From: Treponema sp.
GTDB lineage: Bacteria; Spirochaetota; Spirochaetia; Treponematales; Treponemataceae
Assembly: GCA_017464425.1 (NCBI GenBank)
Contig: JAFUDX010000012.1
Coordinates: 139,861 to 203,860 of the forward strand
Length of the DNA stretch: 64,000 bases
Reading direction: 5' to 3'
This document shows, piece after piece, positions 47,603-56,083 of the stretch. Made by a program: the position numbers and the translations under genes. The notes under the pieces are model-generated. The model was not told the DNA's origin, searched no databases, and worked only from the letters and a program-made list of their open reading frames with translations. Numbering within the stretch: the stretch's first letter is position 1; each line of letters starts with the position of its first letter.

Positions 47603-48043
47603 ATGAAATTGTATCACAAACTGTGTGCGCTTGCGCTTTCACTTTTGGGGCTTTCCGCGTATGCTCAGGAATGGGAGCGCCCAAAACGCACAAAAATCGT
47701 TGAGGGCTTTGAACTGGAAGATTCGTTTCTTACCGTGTATGGCGGTCGGAGAAACTACATAACGACAAAATTATATGGTTCTGTCTATGACAAAGATAAA
47801 AAACTTCCGCTAAAAGGCATAAAAATTGCGCTGTATTCGGGAACGCATGAAATGGCTTCTGCTTACTCGCAAGAAAACGGTGATTATTACTTTGATGATT
47901 TTACGGTGTGGGCGGGGCTCAGAGTTGAGTATACGATGATTGTCTCTGACCCAAACGGTGAATTTGCGCCGCTCCGTCGGGAACTCTGTTTTGAGCTCGA
48001 TGAAGTAACGCGTGAAGAAATCGTTGTCTTGGAGCGAAAATGA
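47603..48043 (+). CDS. Radical-SAM-associated small secreted protein (carboxypeptidase-regulatory-like), copy 2
   Basis: Signal peptide 'LALSLLGLSAYAQE'. 'LYGSVYDKDKKLPLKGIKIALYSG...NGDYYF' parallels copy 1. Its stop overlaps the radical SAM start by 4 nt. Confidence 0.6.
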   Translation: MKLYHKLCALALSLLGLSAYAQEWERPKRTKIVEGFELEDSFLTVYGGRRNYITTKLYGSVYDKDKKLPLKGIKIALYSGTHEMASAYSQENGDYYFDDFTVWAGLRVEYTMIVSDPNGEFAPLRRELCFELDEVTREEIVVLERK

Positions 48044-49149
48044 GAGGACTGACCGTAAAAGAACGGCTTCGTCGTTTTGTGTTTAGGCTCTACCGTCATG
48101 CGGTAAGAAGCGAGCATGAGCTGACCTATCTCTTTTGGGAATGTACGCTTCGGTGCAATCTGAATTGCCTGCATTGTGGCTCAGATTGCCTCAAAGAGTC
48201 ATCGGTTCCCGATATGCCGCTTAGTGATTTTGTGCAGGCATTGAATGGCATAAAAACAAAAAATACTGCATCTCATATGACCGTGTGCATTACGGGCGGT
48301 GAGCCGCTTCTTCGCTCTGATTTGGAACAGGCGGGGGTGGCAATTCGTCAGCGTGGTTTTAACTGGTGTATCGTATCAAACGGCCTTGCAATGACGGCAG
48401 AGCGATTTGATTCTCTCATAAAAAGCGGGCTTGGTGGAATGAGCCTGAGCATTGATGGGCTGCAAGAAGAGCATACCTATTTGCGTCGCAATCCAGAGTC
48501 GTTCATGGCGGTCTCCAATGCAATTGATTTGTGCGTTACCCGTCATGCACAGTATCCGAGCTTGTTTTTGTTTGATGTGATTACCTGCGTTCATAAAAAA
48601 AATCTTTCTGTATTACCCGCGCTCCGTGATTTTTTGATTGAAAAAGGTGTGCACTCTTGGCGACTTTTTTCGATTTTTCCGAATGGACGGGCTGCAAGAA
48701 ATGACTTGGCTCTTTCTTCCCAAGAGTATCGGGTACTTTTAGATTTTATCGCCGAAACAAGGAACTACCGCACTTGCGATGGAAAGACAATTCATGCGAG
48801 TTATTCATGTGAGGGCTACTTGGGGGACTATGAACTTACCGTGCGCGATTATTTCTTTTTCTGTCGCGGGGGAATCAATGTCGGTTCAATCATGTGCGAT
48901 GGTTCTATTACCGCCTGTCTGAGCGTGCGAAGCCCTGCATTTATTCAGGGAAACATTTACAAAGATGATTTCATGGATGTGTGGAATCAAAAATTCCAGA
49001 ATGCGAGAAATCGCACGTGGGCAAAAACAGGAGAGTGTGCAAACTGTAAAGAATGGCGGTGGTGTGAAGGAAACGGCTTGCACCTTCATAAAGACGACCG
49101 TTCTGAATGTACCTATTGCAATCTGAAACTGATTGAACACAAAACATAA
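48040..49149 (+). CDS. Radical SAM/SPASM-domain enzyme, copy 2
   Basis: 'CTLRCNLNCLHCGSDC', with the C-terminal 'CANCKEWRWCEGNG...SECTYC'. It is collinear with copy 1 along its full length, and long stretches are identical at the protein level. Confidence 0.8.
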   Translation: MRGLTVKERLRRFVFRLYRHAVRSEHELTYLFWECTLRCNLNCLHCGSDCLKESSVPDMPLSDFVQALNGIKTKNTASHMTVCITGGEPLLRSDLEQAGVAIRQRGFNWCIVSNGLAMTAERFDSLIKSGLGGMSLSIDGLQEEHTYLRRNPESFMAVSNAIDLCVTRHAQYPSLFLFDVITCVHKKNLSVLPALRDFLIEKGVHSWRLFSIFPNGRAARNDLALSSQEYRVLLDFIAETRNYRTCDGKTIHASYSCEGYLGDYELTVRDYFFFCRGGINVGSIMCDGSITACLSVRSPAFIQGNIYKDDFMDVWNQKFQNARNRTWAKTGECANCKEWRWCEGNGLHLHKDDRSECTYCNLKLIEHKT

Positions 49150-49177
49150 GAATGTATATCATGAAGGAGGAAAACAA

Positions 49178-50152
49178 ATGATTTACACTATCCCTATTTT
49201 ATTTATCTTTATTTCGAGTATCATCACGGTGATTGTGACTGGCGGTACGATTGGCGGAACAATCGATATTCCCAGTTTTTTTGTCATGTTTACGACTCTT
49301 TTTACCATGCTGATTGCGTCTAACTCTGTAAAAGATTTCTTTCGTGCGCTAAAAATCGTCGTGTCTAAAAAAGACTATTCCGCTCTCCAAATTGCGCAGT
49401 CATTGAATGCTGTTTCGCTTGTAATCACTTCTGTGGTCGTGGTGTGCGGTATGATTGCCTGTCTCTCCATTGCCATGCTTCTCGCTTTTCTTGACGATAC
49501 GCCTCGATTCGGCCCTGTAGTGGCACTTGGGCTTCTTACGCTTTTTTATATGGGTGAGATGCTGCTTATTCTGATTCCCGTAAAGTCGATTCTGTATAAA
49601 AAACTATCGGCTTTTAAAAGAAGTCCGACAAACGATGCGTTTGTTTTTTCAAAAATTCCGGCAAAGCCATACATTTCGTTTGTTGCGGGGCTTATCGTGC
49701 TTTTTCTGCTTTTGAGCATCCAGAGTACTTTTTTATTGTCTGATTATCCTCCGCGACTTTTGTCCTTTGTTCCCGCAATGCTGCTTTTCCTTGTCGCCGC
49801 ATCTATTCTGTTGCTTGTGCCAGCAAAACTGTTCCGTGCGTATCTCACCGCACTAAAACTCAGCATTCTGCCATCTGCGTCGGAACAGATTGCCCAATTA
49901 GCTGAGGCACGGAGGGCGGTCAATTTCGTAATACTCATTCGGTTTGCGCTCGCTGCCTGTGGGGGTGTGCTGTTGATGATTGGTACGCTGAATCGGCTTG
50001 ACGATGTGTCGCAAATTCCGTTTGAATTTTCTATTCCGCTCTTGCTTGCCGCCGTTTCTTTTTTGAGCGCGCTGTTTTTGCTCATCGTTCGCGCACGAAT
50101 CGAAAAAGCCGTTAATTTCAGACTCTATGGAGACTCAAATGATGAAGAATAA
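49178..50152 (+). CDS. Polytopic membrane protein, MotA/TolQ/ExbB-like with internal duplication
   Basis: GGAGG RBS before the ATG at 49178. 'MLLAFLDDTPRFGPVVALGLLTLFYMGEMLLILIPVKSIL' resembles the conserved MotA/ExbB channel segment. A second, more degenerate copy is 'LLMIGTLNRLDDVSQIPFEFSIPLLLAAVSFLSALFLL'. Confidence 0.4.
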   Translation: MIYTIPILFIFISSIITVIVTGGTIGGTIDIPSFFVMFTTLFTMLIASNSVKDFFRALKIVVSKKDYSALQIAQSLNAVSLVITSVVVVCGMIACLSIAMLLAFLDDTPRFGPVVALGLLTLFYMGEMLLILIPVKSILYKKLSAFKRSPTNDAFVFSKIPAKPYISFVAGLIVLFLLLSIQSTFLLSDYPPRLLSFVPAMLLFLVAASILLLVPAKLFRAYLTALKLSILPSASEQIAQLAEARRAVNFVILIRFALAACGGVLLMIGTLNRLDDVSQIPFEFSIPLLLAAVSFLSALFLLIVRARIEKAVNFRLYGDSNDEE

Positions 50153-51653
50153 AAAAAGCCTCTGCGTTGCGTTCGCTCTTTTTGTTTCAGTTCAGCTGTT
50201 TTCTGCCACTATGCAGAGCCGTGTCCGTCAGATTCCCAAGAATTTGCAGGAGCAGGTTTTTATTGAGCCAAAAGATACGCTCATGGATGTAACGAAAGCT
50301 CTTGTGAGTGGAATCAGTGACGCTTCCACAAAAGTCAAGATTATCCATGACTGGATTTGCGATAATATTGCCTATGATTGCAATGTGTTTACTGATGCAG
50401 GAGCCGGACCGCAGGGATTCGAGGCTGTCCTTAAAAAAAAGAAGGCGGTCTGCGCGGGATATGCAAATCTTATGGCAGTTATGTGCGGCATCGTCAACAT
50501 CGAGTGCGAGATTGTGTATGGCTGGTCGAAAGGCTTTAATTATCCCGGCTATCTTTGGCCTGAAAGCGATCATGCATGGAATGCCGTAAAACTTGGGGGA
50601 CGATGGAAGCTGATTGATGTCACATGGGACGCAGGATTTGTCGAAGGAACAACATTTATCAAGCGATACACGAATCAATGGTACAATCTTACCCCCGATC
50701 AGTTTGGCTATTCCCACCTTCCCGAAGAAGACAAATGGCAGCTGCTTCCAGAAAAACAAATCCGTTCTCATGAGCAGTTTGAAAGAGAACCGTATGTTCC
50801 TGGCGTATTCTTTGAGTATGGTCTTTCGTTCGGAAAAAATGCGCCATGCTATAAAAATGAAATTTCAGAAGCGATGAGTTTTGATTTTTCTGCCTCTAAA
50901 AACACGGTTATGCTGTATGCCGATATGTACGGGAAATCACAGAGCGATATGACCAATTGCGTTTGGATGGAAAACGCTGGGCGGAATAAAAAATGTATCT
51001 TTGATGTTCCCGATAAAGCATCCTATACGGCACGGGTCGGGGCGCGTACGGAAGGGGTGGTGAATAATCCGACTTATTTTTTGCAGGGCGATTTTGAGCA
51101 GAATGTGCTTCCTGCTGCCCGAAATCTCTTTGCTCAGAAAAAAATCACCAAAAACGAGATTGATTTTTTTGAACGCTCGTATACGCTTGTCGCTGAAAAC
51201 CGCCGCTATTACTATATTGAAGATTTGTTCGACACGCAGCGGAATGCGGCGAATACAAAAATCCTAAAACTTTTGAATAAAAATACCAGCCGCTACGAAA
51301 ATGTGATTACCTTTGAAGTTCATGCAGCTGCCGACTATGAGGGCAAAGGAACAACGGATATTTTCCCGATTATGTACCGAAACTATCTGAGTGCGGCAAA
51401 TATCCGTTTGGAATCACCGCTTGTGCATACGCTTAAAAAGGGAACTGAATATCATTTTGCTGTCACAACGAATGCGTATAATCATATGGCGTTCGTGCTT
51501 CCTGAAAACACCTTTGTCTTTTTGACGAAGAATCCCAAAACAGGCAGCTTTGAGCTTGATTTTACGATTCCCGAAGATATTCAGACGCTCGGCGTGTATG
51601 CGTCAAAGGACAAAAAAGAATTTGTCACGCTGTTTGAGTACGCACTTAAGTAA
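50139..51653 (+). CDS. Exported transglutaminase-like cysteine protease-fold protein
   Basis: Signal peptide 'LCVAFALFVSVQLFSA'. The Cys/His/Asp contexts are 'AVCAGYANL', 'DHAWNAVKL' and 'LIDVTWD'. The start could be 50127, 50139 or 50142. Confidence 0.75.
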   Translation: MMKNKKSLCVAFALFVSVQLFSATMQSRVRQIPKNLQEQVFIEPKDTLMDVTKALVSGISDASTKVKIIHDWICDNIAYDCNVFTDAGAGPQGFEAVLKKKKAVCAGYANLMAVMCGIVNIECEIVYGWSKGFNYPGYLWPESDHAWNAVKLGGRWKLIDVTWDAGFVEGTTFIKRYTNQWYNLTPDQFGYSHLPEEDKWQLLPEKQIRSHEQFEREPYVPGVFFEYGLSFGKNAPCYKNEISEAMSFDFSASKNTVMLYADMYGKSQSDMTNCVWMENAGRNKKCIFDVPDKASYTARVGARTEGVVNNPTYFLQGDFEQNVLPAARNLFAQKKITKNEIDFFERSYTLVAENRRYYYIEDLFDTQRNAANTKILKLLNKNTSRYENVITFEVHAAADYEGKGTTDIFPIMYRNYLSAANIRLESPLVHTLKKGTEYHFAVTTNAYNHMAFVLPENTFVFLTKNPKTGSFELDFTIPEDIQTLGVYASKDKKEFVTLFEYALK

Positions 51654-51730
51654 AATACAACTGCTATGCAAAAGTGGCTATGAAAAATCTTTAAAAATAT
51701 GGTAGAATCTGAAGTGGTGGTGAACGCTTC

Positions 51731-52678
51731 ATGATGTTATCTTTGGCCTTGTTTTTGCAGGTTGCGCTACAAACGGGAACGCATATTCTCTACGGTATTC
51801 TGGGCGGAATTCTCTTTGAACGAGCCGGCCAGACCAATCTCGGCACGGAAGGAATGATGCTTTTGGGAGCGGCATTCGGCTATCTCGCTGGGGGAGCGGT
51901 GGGCAATCCGTTTCTTGCCGTTGTGTGTGCAGGGCTTGCGGGCAGTGCAGGGGCATTGATTTACGCGCTCATTACGATTACGCTGCGCGGAAATCAGGTT
52001 GTTTCAGGCTTGGTTCTTACCACTTTTGGAATCGGCGTTGCGAGTTTTATGGGAAAGTATCTTGCGGCATCCCCATTGTCTGCTGATTTTAAAGCCGCTT
52101 TTTCCGTCATCTCTCTTCCGCTGCTTTCAAAACTTCCCCTTTTTGGAAAAATGCTTTTTGAGCAGTCGTTGTATGTGTATCTTTCCATCGTTTTTGCGTT
52201 CGTTCTGTGGGCATACTATCGCTACACGCGTTGGGGCTTGAACATTCGTGCGATTGGAGAAAATCCCGCTGCGGCAGATGCTTCTGGAATCAATGTTACG
52301 CTTTACAAATATATTCATGTTCTTGCAGGTGGCTTTTTGTGCGGAATGGGCGGTGCCTACCTTTCACTGTGCTTTGTCGGTCAGTGGCAGGAAAATATTA
52401 CCGCAGGTGCCGGATGGATTTCGGTTGCCTTCGTGATTTTCTGTACCTGGAGCCCATTAAAGGCGATTTTATGTGCATGGGCGTTCGGTGCGCTCAGCTC
52501 GCTCGCCTTAAAATGTCAGAGCGTTCCGTTCTTTGGGCACATTATTCCGGGACAGCTTTTGGATATGATTCCCTATCTTGCGACTATCATCGTCCTTGTG
52601 GCGATGGGCTTGCACTTTAAAAAAGAAAATCAGGGACCGAGTGCGCTTGGTTTGAGTTTCTTCCGTGAAGAGCGGTAG
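51731..52678 (+). CDS. ABC transporter permease, BMP/nucleoside (YufQ/NupQ/PnrE-like) family, without partner genes
   Basis: 315 aa and polytopic. 'ILGGILFERAGQTNLGTEGMMLLGA' is typical of this permease family. No ATPase, second permease or BMP lipoprotein gene is nearby. Confidence 0.7.
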   Translation: MMLSLALFLQVALQTGTHILYGILGGILFERAGQTNLGTEGMMLLGAAFGYLAGGAVGNPFLAVVCAGLAGSAGALIYALITITLRGNQVVSGLVLTTFGIGVASFMGKYLAASPLSADFKAAFSVISLPLLSKLPLFGKMLFEQSLYVYLSIVFAFVLWAYYRYTRWGLNIRAIGENPAAADASGINVTLYKYIHVLAGGFLCGMGGAYLSLCFVGQWQENITAGAGWISVAFVIFCTWSPLKAILCAWAFGALSSLALKCQSVPFFGHIIPGQLLDMIPYLATIIVLVAMGLHFKKENQGPSALGLSFFREER

Positions 52679-52730
52679 AATAGAACTTTAGTGTTATTGC
52701 GCGTCTTTTAGTAAATGAGGAAAATACGGT

Positions 52731-54206
52731 ATGACTGACAAAGAGATTTTTGAATCAGAAGAAGACAAACTTCGTGACGAATGCGGCATCGTCGGCATTT
52801 TCCAGACCGCAAAGACTTCCACCGATGAGAGCGGAAAGCCTGTCGCAGAGCCGTATTCTGCCAAGCACTTTAACGCGGCACAGCAAGTCTATTACGCGCT
52901 CTATGCGCTTCAGCATCGCGGGCAGGACAGCGCGGGAATCGCCGTGAGCGACGGAAGTGATGAAAACAAAATGCGCGTTCACAAAAATCTTGGCGCGGTC
53001 GCAGAAGTTTTTGAAAGCGAGCATCTTGAAAATTTGACGGGTCGGCTTGCCGTGGGGCATGTGCGCTACGCGACGGCAGGCAGTTGCACGATTGAAAACG
53101 CACAACCTATGGTTCAAGCGTCAAAACTCGGCACAATCGCCGTCTGTCATAACGGTCAACTCATAAATTACGAGCAGCTGCGTGAAATGCTTGAAGACGC
53201 GGGCTGCACCTTCCAGTCCACGAGCGACACCGAAGTCATCGTAAAACTCATTGCCCGCTCATACAAAAAAGGCCTTGAACGCGCCCTCACCGACACAATC
53301 CAAATGATAAAAGGCTCATTCGCGCTCGCTGTTATGACCGATAAATGCTTAATCGGGGCAAGAGACCCCAACGGAATTCGCCCGCTCTGCCTCGGTCAGA
53401 CCGAAAAAGGCTGGATTCTTGCAAGTGAATCGTGCGCAATCGACGCGGTAAACGGAACATTCGTGCGCGACATCAATCCCGGCGAAATCGTGATTATAAA
53501 CGATGACGGCGTTCTTTCCTTTGAATTCGGCGAGCGAACGAGCAAACGCACTTGCATTTTTGAATATGTCTATTTTGCCCGCCCCGACAGCATTATCGAC
53601 GGAATCCCTGTTCAGCAGGCGCGGTACGCTCTTGGCGCACAGCTTGCCCGTGAAAGCGGCGTTCCTGCCGATGTGGTAGTGGGCGTGCCTGATTCGGGCT
53701 TGGGTGCGGCAGTGGGCTACGCAAAGGAAAGCGGCATTCCCTACGCAACGGGAATCATCAAAAACAAATACATCGGGCGCACTTTTATCGCACCCACACA
53801 GCGCGAGCGTGAAAACATGGTCTTCGTCAAACTCAATGCCGTTCCGTGCGATGTAAAAGGAAAGCGTGTTGTTATTATCGATGACTCAATCGTGCGCGGA
53901 ACGACTTCAAAACGCCTCGTACAGATTTTGCGCCGTGCGGGAGCTACCGAAGTGCATTTCCGCATTTCTTCTCCGCCCGTCAAATTTCCCTGCTATTTCG
54001 GCATCAACACGCCCACGAGAGCAGAACTGATTTCCGCCCAGCATGAAACAGAAGAAATCCGCAAGATGATTGGCGCGGATTCGCTCGCATTCTTAAGCCC
54101 CGACGGACTCATGGAAGCCGTGAAAAGCGTGAATCCCGAAAGTTACGGCTTTTGCAAAGGCTGCTTTACGGGCGAATATCCGATGGCGTGCGTGGAAAAC
54201 GAATAG
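52731..54206 (+). CDS. purF: Amidophosphoribosyltransferase
   Basis: 'DECGIVGIF' (Ntn Cys after a propeptide), 'LQHRGQDSAGI', the PRPP loop 'VIIDDSIVRGTT' and C-terminal Cys residues 'CYFGI..' and 'CKGCFTGEYP'. Confidence 0.9.
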   Translation: MTDKEIFESEEDKLRDECGIVGIFQTAKTSTDESGKPVAEPYSAKHFNAAQQVYYALYALQHRGQDSAGIAVSDGSDENKMRVHKNLGAVAEVFESEHLENLTGRLAVGHVRYATAGSCTIENAQPMVQASKLGTIAVCHNGQLINYEQLREMLEDAGCTFQSTSDTEVIVKLIARSYKKGLERALTDTIQMIKGSFALAVMTDKCLIGARDPNGIRPLCLGQTEKGWILASESCAIDAVNGTFVRDINPGEIVIINDDGVLSFEFGERTSKRTCIFEYVYFARPDSIIDGIPVQQARYALGAQLARESGVPADVVVGVPDSGLGAAVGYAKESGIPYATGIIKNKYIGRTFIAPTQRERENMVFVKLNAVPCDVKGKRVVIIDDSIVRGTTSKRLVQILRRAGATEVHFRISSPPVKFPCYFGINTPTRAELISAQHETEEIRKMIGADSLAFLSPDGLMEAVKSVNPESYGFCKGCFTGEYPMACVENE

Positions 54207-55028
54207 CTAGTTCCATGCGCTGGGGCGTTTGTTGTACTTGAATGTGTAGCGTGCCCCTGCATATCTGCCAATAAAGCGGCTCAGAAAGGCAGTGCATTTC
54301 CATTTTAAAGACCAGAGAATAATTCTTTTGCCTTTTTTTGCTTTTTTGAGACAGTGCGCAACTACTTCTGCGGGATTTTTTCCGTTTAAAACTTCTTTTC
54401 GTGCCCCGTTTGAGGCAATATTCGCAAAATCGGTTGAAACACTTCCCGGACACAGGGCGCATACCGTGATTTTTTTATCTTTGAGTTCCGCCGCCAGTGC
54501 GACAGAAAAACTGAGCACATATGATTTTGTTGCCGCGTATACCGCAAAATTTCCGAGCGGCAAAAATGCTGCCAGCGATGCGACATTTATAATCGTGGAG
54601 CCTTCCGTAAGGTAGGGAAGCACTGCGCCGCACAGCCCGGTAAGAGCCGTGCAGTTCAAGTCTATCATTTCAAGCTCTTTATCAAGCGGAGTGTGAGAAA
54701 ATTCGCCGTATGTGCCGAATCCCGCGTTGTTTATGAGCATGTTGATTTTGAATTCACCAGAAATTTTTTCAGTGGCAAGAAAGGTTTTGAACAGATTTAC
54801 GCCTTCTTTTCCAGCAAGATTCATCGGAATCGTCTTGATTGTGAAAGCTGATGGTTCTGCTTCAAGTTCTTCCTTTAGCGCGGCAAGTTTTTCTTTGGTA
54901 CGGGCAATCAGCCACAGTTCCGTTGCCCGTGATTCTTCGGGTTCTGACATAGTGCTTTTGTAGAGCTGACGGGCAAATTCTGCGCCTAATCCTGAGCTTG
55001 CGCCTGTGATAATCGTAATCGTTCTCAT
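54207..55028 (-). CDS. Short-chain dehydrogenase/reductase (SDR) family oxidoreductase
   Basis: 'ITGASSGLG' (TGxxxGxG), 'NNAG' and 'YAATK' (YxxxK). The start was taken at the internal Met ('MRTITIITGASSGLG'). Confidence 0.8.
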   Translation of the reverse strand: MRTITIITGASSGLGAEFARQLYKSTMSEPEESRATELWLIARTKEKLAALKEELEAEPSAFTIKTIPMNLAGKEGVNLFKTFLATEKISGEFKINMLINNAGFGTYGEFSHTPLDKELEMIDLNCTALTGLCGAVLPYLTEGSTIINVASLAAFLPLGNFAVYAATKSYVLSFSVALAAELKDKKITVCALCPGSVSTDFANIASNGARKEVLNGKNPAEVVAHCLKKAKKGKRIILWSLKWKCTAFLSRFIGRYAGARYTFKYNKRPSAWN

Positions 55029-55081
55029 GGAAACGATTATACCATGATTTGCTGCTCTGCACAATTTTCATTTTTCTTTAG

Positions 55082-56075
<994 letters not shown>

Positions 56076-56083
<8 letters not shown>

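Noticed and set aside
24681-51730. The accessory block could be a prophage, ICE or transposon.
   Set aside because: I could read no integrase, transposase, phage structural, conjugation or replication genes, and no flanking tRNA or terminal repeats.
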